Below are positions 28,113 through 37,745 of a stretch of 64,000 nt of DNA, piece after piece. The DNA is from Caulobacteraceae bacterium (GTDB lineage: Bacteria; Pseudomonadota; Alphaproteobacteria; Caulobacterales; Caulobacteraceae). Made by a program: the position numbers and the translations under genes. The DNA lies in contig JBEPUW010000010.1 in NCBI GenBank assembly GCA_041691315.1, forward strand, positions 4,583 to 68,582. Direction: 5' to 3'. The notes beneath the pieces are model-generated. The model worked only from the letters and a program-made list of their open reading frames with translations. It did not search any database and was not told the DNA's origin. Numbering within the stretch: position 1 is the stretch's first letter; the number at the start of each line of letters is the position of its first letter.

Positions 28113-29065
28113 GTTGCCTCCGGAACACGGGTGACGGACCTAAAGAGCCGAGCGAACCGCCCTTGCTCACAGGCGATCCCATCAGCGTCGCGAAGCTGAC
28201 GGAGCAGCGCCGAGGCGCTAGACTTCGGGCCTACGCGCTCCCGGATTAGAGCAAGCAGTTCGGCGTCCGTGCGTTGGGCGCGAGCGGGCTTAGACGGCGC
28301 AGTGACAGATTCAAGATGCACTCGAATCGCAGCGGCCTCTGCTTCTTGGCTTTGAGGCGCGTCCGCGATGTGATCGACGAAATGAAGAAGCGCGCGTTGG
28401 GCAAAATCTGAGCGTGTACCGGGGACCAGGGCATCCAAGCGTTGGTCGTAGGGGACAATCGTCTCATGAAGACGTTGAGGCAGCGCCCGTGACAGGTTCT
28501 CCCCAAAAATCCGGACCCGCTGGAGGACTCTAGGCCCCGCTGCCGCGAGACTGGCGCCCGCCAATTCAGCGTAAGGCTTTGTCATGGCGATGAGGATCCG
28601 ACCGCGTCCGCCAATCCCAACCGCATCCCAGGCGACGGAAAACTCACCGGCCATTAGGCTTGCGAACCACGCTGCGGGATTGAACTCTCCTTGGGACCGA
28701 TCGGCGATCGACTCGGGGGTGTTCTTGCTGACAGTCAGTCCGTAGGCCGGCGCCATTACATTAGCCGGCACCAGGCCGAGGCCAGCCGACAACACATAGA
28801 GGGGGCACTGCGCTTGCTTTGCAGCAGCCTTTGCCAAGCCGAAAGCTCTGCCTGCATATAGGTCGCCCACTCGAGTTTCTGCGGGGAGGACGGATACGAT
28901 CCGCTGCCATGCCGCTTCCAACTCATGCTGAGGCTGTTTGTCGAGGGCGGCGGGTGTTGCGCCAGCACCGACATTTACGCGCTTCTGTTGTGCGCAGATT
29001 GTAACGACCGCAGCGATCGAGAATTGCCCGGGTTTTCCTGCCGACGATGGCGCGGTGTCTGGCAT
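28109..29065 (-). CDS. dpdC: YaaA/DUF328-like protein, DpdC-like
   Basis: TICAQQK, DLYAG, YVLSAGLGL, PAY motif set typical of YaaA-like proteins; first gene of the dpd modification operon. Confidence 0.65.
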   Translation of the reverse strand: MPDTAPSSAGKPGQFSIAAVVTICAQQKRVNVGAGATPAALDKQPQHELEAAWQRIVSVLPAETRVGDLYAGRAFGLAKAAAKQAQCPLYVLSAGLGLVPANVMAPAYGLTVSKNTPESIADRSQGEFNPAAWFASLMAGEFSVAWDAVGIGGRGRILIAMTKPYAELAGASLAAAGPRVLQRVRIFGENLSRALPQRLHETIVPYDQRLDALVPGTRSDFAQRALLHFVDHIADAPQSQEAEAAAIRVHLESVTAPSKPARAQRTDAELLALIRERVGPKSSASALLRQLRDADGIACEQGRFARLFRSVTRVPEAT

Positions 29066-29484
29066 GAATAACTGCGTCCCAAAATGACGTTCGCCGTTCC
29101 GGCTCCGATGTGGCGAACCCCACATGTTGGGGTGCTGACACTGTCAGTCACTAATTATAGACGTTAGCATAAAACGTGATTCCCGAGTTAGCCCCAAGGC
29201 GCCTTTTGGAAAAATTAGTCCCATTAACTGCGGGCGTAGAGAATCGGGACAGCCCCGGGGCGCAGATAATGGGATGGCGCAGCCGAACTGGGCGGACTCG
29301 CCAACGTGTTCCTAACCGCACATCGCGCTAGCGGGGGTCCTGCCGCCCCGAGGGGACTGGCTGCGGGCTGTCTGAAGTGGCCAAGCCAGCCAGAGGGGCG
29401 GTGCCCGAAAAATTTTCCCCCCACAGGTTGCGACGCCGCTTTCTATGGCTAAGCTTTTTATCATTAGGTGGAAAAGAGTCGCCC

Positions 29485-30426
29485 GTGGATCCCAGCAAGG
29501 CAGTTTTGGCCCGCAGGTACGCCTTCGCAGAGGGGGATGCCAAAAAGGCCGAGGAATGGGGAGAACAACTGTGGCTCAAGTTGAGGATCTTTTTCCCGTC
29601 CGCGGCGCCCAAAATTCTCAAAGCACCCGACACCTTTGAGTACCTCAACGATCGCCTGACAAACTACGTGCACAGCCGATTGGTCGTCCGGGGCTGCCAA
29701 ATCATGAAGGCGATGGCGGAGCTACCAGAGGACGCCATTGAGTTGGCCCTCAGCGACGCAGTCGAAGACGTTCTAGACCTTACCGAGACCGACCGCCTGG
29801 ATATTGCCTGGCTTCTGATGCGTATTTGCGGAAGAGCGAACACCAACAAGGGTTCTGCACCCACTAAAGCGCAAAGCGCCGCCATCACCCAGTTCGCTTA
29901 CGAAAACGGTCACCGCTGCTATTTGTGCGGCGACAACCTTGTCTTCACGAGGGTCGCAAACGAGGAGTTCGCAAAGGGCACGGCTCGCGACACGTCGGTG
30001 GTCGAATTTGACCTCGACGGCGCACCAGTTCCGCACCGGCGGGCGTTCGAGATCGAACACATCTTCCCCCAAAAGCGAGGCGGCGGCCGCAGTCGTCGCA
30101 ACCTTGCCGCCTGCTGTGAAGCCTGCAACAAATACAAAGACGTTCTGCTCAGCTTCGCTGATCTGTCGATCGAGACTATGATCACGTCGTCCACCGATCC
30201 CGAAAAGCTCACCAAATTGTTCGGGGGCAAACAGCGCTTCGCGTTGCTATGGCGCCAGAACGGCAATTGCGGCGCCTGTAGTGGGCCGTTTCATAACGCC
30301 CACGATGAGCGGCTTCTGCTCCGTCGTAGGAATTTGGACGACAGTTTTCATTTCCACAATGTTGAGATCATCTGCGGCGACTGCGATGACCTAAACGCTA
30401 CCGATAGGATTGAATTACGTGCATAG
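29485..30426 (+). CDS. HNH endonuclease with a second degenerate Zn/HNH module
   Basis: CYLCG...EIEHIFP..RGG....NL..CCEACN.YK; second CGAC...NVEIICGDCD; probable GTG start 29485. Confidence 0.8.
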   Translation: MDPSKAVLARRYAFAEGDAKKAEEWGEQLWLKLRIFFPSAAPKILKAPDTFEYLNDRLTNYVHSRLVVRGCQIMKAMAELPEDAIELALSDAVEDVLDLTETDRLDIAWLLMRICGRANTNKGSAPTKAQSAAITQFAYENGHRCYLCGDNLVFTRVANEEFAKGTARDTSVVEFDLDGAPVPHRRAFEIEHIFPQKRGGGRSRRNLAACCEACNKYKDVLLSFADLSIETMITSSTDPEKLTKLFGGKQRFALLWRQNGNCGACSGPFHNAHDERLLLRRRNLDDSFHFHNVEIICGDCDDLNATDRIELRA

Positions 30427-31606
30427 CTATTCTGGTTTTTTGGTCAAACAGCAGCCCGACACAGACTCGGCTTTCTTGGTGTTTATTGCCAAGGCCAAGG
30501 AAATTAGCCTTTGGGCTCAGGCAGACAATATAAAACTTGACCGTGGTAACGTCCAAAGGGCGCTAGTTGAGGCGCGGTGGCGCCAAGTGCGGAAATTCTT
30601 CAAAAGTTCCAAGAACAACGTCATCCCTACAAGCGTCACAATCGCATTCGATGACACCATCCAGAAACTGAACCAGATCGATCAGTTGGTGGACGAGGCT
30701 CCTGGCTTCGTGCTCGAACAGGGCCCGGGAGACTTGTGGACTTTAACCTTCACATCGGCTGTGAAGAGTTCGTGCTTCATCATCGACGGGCAGCACCGTC
30801 TAAAGGGCATGTCCCAACTTGACTTCGATATTGAGGTACCGGTCTGCCTCTTCGTGAAGATGTCAAAATTGGAGAGAGCGTTTCAGTTCGTCACCATCAA
30901 CAACAAGTCCCACAAGGTTCCGACTGACAACCTGAAAGCTTTGATCGCCAATTTCGAACAAATTCAGTCCGATCTTCGGAGTCGCCTGACCCACGCCTCG
31001 ATCACTGTGCCGCGTTTTGCGACTGCAATCGATGTCCTCAATGAGGATGAGGAAAGCCCCTTTTACAAGATGATTGACTGGGTGAACAATCGCTTTCCGG
31101 ACGCCAAAGCGATAGTGCCGCCGACAGCAGTTGAGAACTCCCTCAAGGCAATCAGCCGAGCGTTTCCAGAGACGCGAGAAGATGAAAGCGACGCGTTGGC
31201 GATCCTTTACAGTATTTGGAGGACGATATTTGCTCCCTATGCGGTTACCCACGAAACTGCGGAGCATTTTCCAAACCTGATGCTTAAAGCGACGATCCAA
31301 TCGCTTTCGGAGATGATAATCGAAAAGCTAAAAGCTGACTTCGATCCTGCGTTTTCAGACAGCGTTATTACCGACAATGGTGCCTCGGCCGGCCAAGTGG
31401 CGGCTGGTCTGATAAAAGGCCTCCCTATACAGTTTTGGCAGGTTCCTTGGAAGCTAAAAAGCCTGGACACTTCGGCAGGGCGTGACATCATTCAGTCTGA
31501 TATTCGTGCTCTGAAAAAGACGTTGATGGCCAACTCCGGCGTCTTGCCCGAGAACTGGATGGATAGCCTCTCACTCTATAAATCTGGGCTGCAACTCGAC
31601 GAATAA
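30410..31606 (+). CDS. DGQHR-domain protein
   Basis: NVQR, IPTSVTI, FIIDGQHRL, FVTINNK; overlaps the HNH stop; visibly more AT-rich than flanks. Confidence 0.85.
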   Translation: MNYVHSYSGFLVKQQPDTDSAFLVFIAKAKEISLWAQADNIKLDRGNVQRALVEARWRQVRKFFKSSKNNVIPTSVTIAFDDTIQKLNQIDQLVDEAPGFVLEQGPGDLWTLTFTSAVKSSCFIIDGQHRLKGMSQLDFDIEVPVCLFVKMSKLERAFQFVTINNKSHKVPTDNLKALIANFEQIQSDLRSRLTHASITVPRFATAIDVLNEDEESPFYKMIDWVNNRFPDAKAIVPPTAVENSLKAISRAFPETREDESDALAILYSIWRTIFAPYAVTHETAEHFPNLMLKATIQSLSEMIIEKLKADFDPAFSDSVITDNGASAGQVAAGLIKGLPIQFWQVPWKLKSLDTSAGRDIIQSDIRALKKTLMANSGVLPENWMDSLSLYKSGLQLDE

Positions 31607-31643
31607 TCGATAGCCATGGGTCGGGAATCGGAATGCGGGAAGT

Positions 31644-34600
31644 TCAGCCCCAACTTTCGACGTTTTCGCGCAGGACTGAGACAACCCCGTCGATCGCGTC
31701 CACGCCTCCAAGTCGCTGAATTGCAGGGCTCAGGCCGGCAACGACACGCAAGACCGACGATCGTTCGCCCGCACTCGCTGCGCGCAGGGCCTCCAGTGTA
31801 GCCCCCTCCACCTCTTTCAGTTCCTGCTCGACAAGGAGTTCGAAAGTATCGCCGCGCCGATGACGTTCGCCGTCCTGTGCCTCCGCAATCAGATTCTCTC
31901 GAGAATAGCTCGTCGCGCTGCCCTGGCGTCGGTGTTGACGCGGTTCGGGAGATGGACGACGAAGGATCGTCGCCCGGACATCGTCGCGCTTTCGGTCCGG
32001 CAGGGCCAGAACAAGCCGTTCAGCCTCCGCCAGCAGACCATCGTGCCCCACAGCGCCAGTCAAAGCACACGCCGTCAGGAACCGGATCTTGCTGTCGATC
32101 TGCTCAGTCGTGTCCTCCTGCAGTTCGCGTGCCCACCTGCTGGCTTCGTCTTTAGTTTCCGGGGCTAGGTGGGGGAAGATAGCTTCCAGGACCGATGCCG
32201 CGAACACCGTGCTCTCCATTTTTTTTACGCTGAAGAAGAGGCTTTGAAGATGCGAGTTGGAGAACTTGTCCGCAAATGCCTTGGCAATTCGGCTGAGCGG
32301 CATGTCGTACCCAATGTTGTTCATTAGAGTCAGAGCGTCGCCCGCTGAATGCTTTGATGAGGCCGGACCGAGAGCGCTGAGGGCTTCTCCCATCTCATGC
32401 CAGTCGCTGACGCGAGGGAGCGCTAACGCTTCGCGCAGTACGGGCTCGCTTAGCTCCCGCTCTAGGTCCCAGGCGTGGCCGACTGCCATTGTCACCAGGT
32501 GGCCGGCGTAGCCGCCAGACATTGCCAGGTGACCGATTTCTGCACAAATGCGGGAGCGGTCCTCGGCGGCGGCGTTGTCTGCCAGATAGGCGTAGCCATC
32601 TACCACACCCCACGGTTCCTCGACCCGGCTCAGCATATCCATCGCTTGTGCGCGAAAGTCGGGAGGCCCGTGCACTGCGAAGGTCGCTGCCTGAAGCGCG
32701 CGAACCTCTTCAGTGCCAATCTCGGAAATGAGACGCAGTGCGTCATGAGGGCTCGTTTGCGTGAACGTCTCCGCAAAGTCTGCAAGAAGCCAATCTGGAT
32801 CGTGGTCGTCCCATGCTCGACTGTCGACCGGAGCATTGAGGTCGGCCATCAACAGCGGCTCGAGTTCGAGGCGTCCCGAGTCAGGTAGATGACGGCACGC
32901 ATCGACGATAATCGGTGCCCTGGTGCTCGGGTGGAGGGTTTCCGTCTCACAGAGTTCGAGCGCTGCGCGGCACCAAGGACCGTCGTGGTACCTTCCCAGC
33001 GCGGCGAGGCTGCGGGCGCGGGGCCACGGGCGCTGGATTGCCTGAGCGATCGTCAGGAAGGCTTCAATATCCTTCTGCGCGACTCCTTTGGCGATGAACG
33101 ACAAGGCCTCTCCCCGATCGACTTCATCGTCGATAGTTGCTGCACACCGCAGAAGGGGACCGACAAGATCCGGGTCAGCGCCCCAAGAAATCTCGCGGAG
33201 GGCCGAACGTTTCGCCTGATCGTCGCCGAGTTGATCGAGGATGCGGGTGACAACCCGGAGCCGGCGCTCAGGCGCAAGATTTCGCAGCGCGCCATCGTAG
33301 ATAACGCTTTCTGTGAAAGCGTCAGGATCGCCGGTCACGAGTTCCTCAATCGCCGCGCTAACGGACTCGAAATCAGGCTGCGCCAACGAAGGCAACGCGG
33401 AAGCCATTGCATAGGCTCGATCGGAAGCCGTGGTAAGTTGGTCGGCGATCTCAAGTGCCGTCTTCGCCGGCAGGCGCGGACCCGGCAACCAATAGTGCAG
33501 CGCTGTGACTTCGTGCGACAACTCCGCAAGGGCTCGCGCGTGTTCTTCGGGGGGCAGTACGGCGAGGAGTTCCGTGAGCGCGGCAACACGGATATGGACG
33601 TTCCCTATGGAGAGCACCAATGCAAGAAGATTGGGTGCCCACTCAGAGTTTACTATGCGGGCCACCGCAGCCAAGGTCGATGGGCTAAGCTCGCGGCTTC
33701 GGACCTTTGCCAAATGTTCGAACACGACGTCTGCCGACCAGACGTGCAGCTTTAGAGCGGCAACGTACACTTCGGGCGGTAGTCCGTTGGCGATCGTGCG
33801 GACAGTAGCGCTCGTGAGAGCGCAATCGACGAGGGCCACCAGCAAAGAGGAATCGCGGCCCACCTTTTGAATCCCAACGGTGGCAGCGCGTCGACGTCGA
33901 TCCACGTCGACGAGAAAGCCACTTAAGCTTGGGTCTATCGAGTACCAGCAGTCCGCCCAGTATCGACTGGTGAGCGATGCAAAGCGATCTTGGCTCGAGC
34001 CTTCTCGTTCCAGATGGGCGCCCAAATTGGATATCAGATAGGGGGACACCGAAGCTGGGCTGGTGGTCAGCGCGCGCTCCCCCCAAGAAGTGAAGCGCTG
34101 TTCGACTTCCCGCCTCCGGGAAGCGGGGATCCATTCCTCTCTGATGAAATCACCGAACCGGGGATGTGAGAGCACGAGGTCGTTCGTTCGACCTGCACCG
34201 ACGATCAGTCGACCAAGACGTGTCAGCGCTGCATCGAGTCGAAAGACCCCTGGTCGCTCTGGAACAAGCGTCGGGTTGAGCAAATCGTCGCGGGAAAGGG
34301 GGCCCAGTGCACAGGCCAGCACACACAGCAGGGACTCGACCAAAACGGAATCGGAGTCGCCCTTATTGTTCCAGAGATCGAGTTGTTCGTCCCACCACTT
34401 GGCAAAAAATCCTCGGAGCCCGGGCATCGCTTCGGGGAGCTTTCGGAGGTCCAATTCGCCTGCCTCCAGGGCGTCCGAATACAAGCGCAACAGCAGAGGA
34501 TCGCCCTGCACAAGCTCAACGACGCGGTCGGCCACACTGGGCTCCGTGCCCGCACCGGTTAGCGCCGTTCGAACGGCGTTAGGTGCTAGCAGCGGGAGAT

Positions 34601-35645
34601 CTCGGGTGGCTTGTACGAGCGCCGCGAGTGGATCTACCCTGAGCGTAAGCGGACGCCCGGCCAGCAGTACCTTTAGACCCTGCGGGGCGTTTGCCGGAAA
34701 GAGGTCAGCGGTGATCTCGAAGTCCGCGGCTTCGTCCAGGCCATCGATAATGAGCAAAAGGCGAGCACCGCCTGGAAGGGGCCTCGCGAGGAGGTCGGCA
34801 ATAAGACCACGCGCACGCTCCCCATCGACCTCCGCGCTCGAGGGAAGGGGGCGATCATGCAGCGCCGACAAGCGCGAAAGCACCGAAGGGAGGACGACTT
34901 GCGCTAGGTTCGTCCGAAAGCGAGCGCTGATGGGCATGTAAACCAGCGCCAGCGCGTCTCCCAGGGTCGCCTGCCAGTTGGCCAGCAGTGCAGACTTACC
35001 CCTCCCTGCGGACGCACGAATAAGCTCGAAGGGGCGCTTGGGGTCGGCCAACCATTCGTCGAGCGCTGCCAATTCGGACTCCCGACCGATGAAAGGCGGC
35101 GGCCGATCTGTATCCCCGAGATACTGGCGCAAGAAACTCTCGATGCGAGTGCCGTATTCGGTGCCCGCAGTCTCGATCGCACCTCCGAAGCGGGCGAGTG
35201 CTGCGTAATGTCTACTGACGACGTCGGGATGGATATCGAGTCGCGCGCAGAGGTCCTCCCACCCGAACAGGGACATCGAAAACAACCCGTTGCGTGCATG
35301 CTCCTCGCTGATTTGGCGGACTTCTTGTTGAAGCGGTGCGTCACTAGGCGACGTCGTTGCGACAACTAAGCGCGAGAGCGGCGGCCGAAATCCGAGGGCC
35401 TCTTGAGCGATGTGTCGGATGTCCGCAGGGGTCAACACTGACGTTCGCGCAATCCATTTGCACTGCACGCCGGACCAACCGGACGCTGGATGCGCGACGA
35501 TATCGACCCCGTGCTGTCGCTGCCCGTTGCGGCCGATTCGGTTAGCATCGTCGACACCCCAATCCCTGGAAAAGAGATCATGGCAGAGCGCTTCGAAAGC
35601 CTGCCACGTTCGCGGCGGCGGAAGGTCAAAAGCGGTCAGGGACAT
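31644..35645 (-). CDS. Restriction-endonuclease-like domain + STAND/NACHT NTPase + helical repeats (Avs/NLR-like defence protein)
   Basis: N-terminal FEALCHDL..GRNGQRQHGVDI..GVQCK; Walker A ASAGRGKS, Walker B LLIIDGLDE, GDPL motif; long HEAT/TPR-like C-terminus. Confidence 0.75.
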   Translation of the reverse strand: MSLTAFDLPPPRTWQAFEALCHDLFSRDWGVDDANRIGRNGQRQHGVDIVAHPASGWSGVQCKWIARTSVLTPADIRHIAQEALGFRPPLSRLVVATTSPSDAPLQQEVRQISEEHARNGLFSMSLFGWEDLCARLDIHPDVVSRHYAALARFGGAIETAGTEYGTRIESFLRQYLGDTDRPPPFIGRESELAALDEWLADPKRPFELIRASAGRGKSALLANWQATLGDALALVYMPISARFRTNLAQVVLPSVLSRLSALHDRPLPSSAEVDGERARGLIADLLARPLPGGARLLLIIDGLDEAADFEITADLFPANAPQGLKVLLAGRPLTLRVDPLAALVQATRDLPLLAPNAVRTALTGAGTEPSVADRVVELVQGDPLLLRLYSDALEAGELDLRKLPEAMPGLRGFFAKWWDEQLDLWNNKGDSDSVLVESLLCVLACALGPLSRDDLLNPTLVPERPGVFRLDAALTRLGRLIVGAGRTNDLVLSHPRFGDFIREEWIPASRRREVEQRFTSWGERALTTSPASVSPYLISNLGAHLEREGSSQDRFASLTSRYWADCWYSIDPSLSGFLVDVDRRRRAATVGIQKVGRDSSLLVALVDCALTSATVRTIANGLPPEVYVAALKLHVWSADVVFEHLAKVRSRELSPSTLAAVARIVNSEWAPNLLALVLSIGNVHIRVAALTELLAVLPPEEHARALAELSHEVTALHYWLPGPRLPAKTALEIADQLTTASDRAYAMASALPSLAQPDFESVSAAIEELVTGDPDAFTESVIYDGALRNLAPERRLRVVTRILDQLGDDQAKRSALREISWGADPDLVGPLLRCAATIDDEVDRGEALSFIAKGVAQKDIEAFLTIAQAIQRPWPRARSLAALGRYHDGPWCRAALELCETETLHPSTRAPIIVDACRHLPDSGRLELEPLLMADLNAPVDSRAWDDHDPDWLLADFAETFTQTSPHDALRLISEIGTEEVRALQAATFAVHGPPDFRAQAMDMLSRVEEPWGVVDGYAYLADNAAAEDRSRICAEIGHLAMSGGYAGHLVTMAVGHAWDLERELSEPVLREALALPRVSDWHEMGEALSALGPASSKHSAGDALTLMNNIGYDMPLSRIAKAFADKFSNSHLQSLFFSVKKMESTVFAASVLEAIFPHLAPETKDEASRWARELQEDTTEQIDSKIRFLTACALTGAVGHDGLLAEAERLVLALPDRKRDDVRATILRRPSPEPRQHRRQGSATSYSRENLIAEAQDGERHRRGDTFELLVEQELKEVEGATLEALRAASAGERSSVLRVVAGLSPAIQRLGGVDAIDGVVSVLRENVESWG

Positions 35646-36268
35646 TTGGATCGGAGCGTCGGCCAGGGGACGCGCCGGCGTGCGCCAAGCTGGCGAGCGC
35701 GACGCTGCAAAGCGCCAGCAGGAACGGTGTGAGGTAGGGTTTCATCTGGCGACACTTTGGCGCTATCAGACACCACATTTGCGCCAGAGAGAACATTGAT
35801 CCTGAGCAAGTGTGAGATTCGCCGTCTCATCGTTCCGAGATCGCTCAAGCGACGGCTGCCCCATACCTGGAACACCGCCATGCCCTGGGTGATAAGATGG
35901 GAGCCGGGTTCCAGCTGCCGATCCGGCTCTGTAGCTGCCTGGAGGGAGAACCTGCCGAAGTCATCGAGGTGAAGTCGCATGGCTCGCAGGCGTACGTCGG
36001 CGGACAGGCTGTCGCGTGACGTCGGTAGGGCCTGCCAATCTCCTTCCACCGCCACTTCGAAAGGTAGCTGAAAGAGCGCGCCTACATAGGCGCCGCCCCG
36101 CGCTTCCAAGGCATCAGCAAGTTCGCAGAGCACGTCCGGCGAGGCCGCACCCACCTCAAGCAGTCGTTCGATGCTTGACTTTGCTTGGCCGGGTTTTCGG
36201 GCGTGAAGCTCGGCGATCTCATCAAAGTCCCAGCCCAAGAGTCGCCCCCGATCCGTATGCGACGGCAC
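35636..36268 (-). CDS. Hypothetical protein, possibly truncated
   Basis: Co-oriented ORF filling the gap between neighbours; N-terminal part protein-like, C-terminal part looks degenerate. Confidence 0.4.
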   Translation of the reverse strand: MPSHTDRGRLLGWDFDEIAELHARKPGQAKSSIERLLEVGAASPDVLCELADALEARGGAYVGALFQLPFEVAVEGDWQALPTSRDSLSADVRLRAMRLHLDDFGRFSLQAATEPDRQLEPGSHLITQGMAVFQVWGSRRLSDLGTMRRRISHLLRINVLSGANVVSDSAKVSPDETLPHTVPAGALQRRARQLGARRRVPWPTLRSKCP

Positions 36269-36347
36269 GATTGCTTGTATCCAATCATCTCACGTTACCG
36301 TGCGCCGACGGCCAAAAGCGCGGAGATTTAGACCGCCGAGCGACCGT

Positions 36348-37745
36348 CTAGGCCCCCCCGGCTCGGTCGCTCCGATCCCACAAAGTGTCGAACCTCTCAC
36401 CGGACGAGAGTTTCAGCCCCGATTCCAGACGGCGAAGGTCGCCTTCGCTCGACAAGACGACGCCGACGGGGATGGTCACTGTCTCGCTGAGCGCCACCCG
36501 GGTCAGCACCATCGCCGCCACGCCTTCCAAATATATTACCTCGGTGGGTGCGGTGAGATGGCTAGCGGGCGCAAGCAGACCGCGATCGAACAGCTGGAGG
36601 AACGGCAAGGTCTCCCGCCTGCCGCTGGCCGGCCCGACGAGCGTCGTCCGAAGGTTCCATTGGGGCGTCAGCGAGTGCTTCAGAGCGATGAGGGTCTCCG
36701 TGAAGACGTGGGGCACGTCCAGGCTGACCCCCCAGGACGTACCGGCAGGCCGATACCATTGGAGTTCGAGGCGCGTGGGCGGACTGTGTTTCAGCCGCTG
36801 AGCACTTTGCCGTTGGACCTGTCGGACAAAGGCGGCTCGATTCCGCTCGACATAGGATGCACCCAGCACAAAGGGCCGCCCGGCTGTTCCCGCGTCGCGG
36901 GATCTGAGCCAGGCGTCGAGATCGAGGTGCCCCTTGCTGTTGATGTTCGCGGCCAGCTGCGCGTCGCCGGTCAGCCGACGAAATTCAGTGAGGCTGCTCG
37001 CGCTGATGGTCGGCTCGGTCAGATTGCGGACGGCGTTGTGCATCGCGTCACTGAGCGGCCTGAATTTCGCAACGTCGGCCAGATCGACGTTCAGCAGATG
37101 GGTCGCCAGGCGAGGCCGAGGCTCCGCCTCCATTTCCGTGGAGCCCGAGAGCACCACGTACCCAAAGCGGTCCGGAATGACGTCGGAGACGGAGTACAGG
37201 GAAAAGCGCTCCGGATTGTTGATTCCCCGGACGTTCTTCAGGAAGCTCAAGAAATTCTGATCGAAGGAGTCCCGGGCAAAGCTGGCGGGCATGGATTTGG
37301 CGACCGCGCTCGGCTTCAGCTCGAGGAGGTGATCCACCATCCGAGTCCGCTCCGGGATCATCATGTTTCGGCTGATAAGATCGAACCAAAGGCGGGTGAC
37401 AGAGGTCTCAATGTTGGCGATCTGCGGCGCGCCGTCGCGCGCTGCGCGAAATACGTCCGCCGCCGCCGGGCCGAGCTTGACGGCTTCACCCACCACCTCG
37501 ACCAGACCGCGGGTTTGCAGGTCGGCCAGTACGGTCGTCGTTTCCGACGTGGTGAAACCGAAGAACGTCCCGATCCGCGTGGCCGGGAGTTCTTCGCCCA
37601 GGTCCAGCAGGCGCAGAACGAATTCGTCCACGATCGGGAAGCGGCTGTCGCGAGCGATGTTGGCCGTGATTACGAAGCGTTGGCATGGGATGTTGAACCC
37701 GAATGTCGCTACCGTCTGGGCCGGGCTGGGCGGGGATTGGGTCAT
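36348..37745 (-). CDS. Partner of the NERD-kinase-helicase with an N-terminal winged-helix-like region (MkoB-like by context)
   Basis: ATG 37745 overlaps the helicase stop (ATGA); EFVLRLL...IGTFFGF...L..RGLV wHTH-like pattern; no HKD motif seen. Confidence 0.6.
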   Translation of the reverse strand: MTQSPPSPAQTVATFGFNIPCQRFVITANIARDSRFPIVDEFVLRLLDLGEELPATRIGTFFGFTTSETTTVLADLQTRGLVEVVGEAVKLGPAAADVFRAARDGAPQIANIETSVTRLWFDLISRNMMIPERTRMVDHLLELKPSAVAKSMPASFARDSFDQNFLSFLKNVRGINNPERFSLYSVSDVIPDRFGYVVLSGSTEMEAEPRPRLATHLLNVDLADVAKFRPLSDAMHNAVRNLTEPTISASSLTEFRRLTGDAQLAANINSKGHLDLDAWLRSRDAGTAGRPFVLGASYVERNRAAFVRQVQRQSAQRLKHSPPTRLELQWYRPAGTSWGVSLDVPHVFTETLIALKHSLTPQWNLRTTLVGPASGRRETLPFLQLFDRGLLAPASHLTAPTEVIYLEGVAAMVLTRVALSETVTIPVGVVLSSEGDLRRLESGLKLSSGERFDTLWDRSDRAGGA

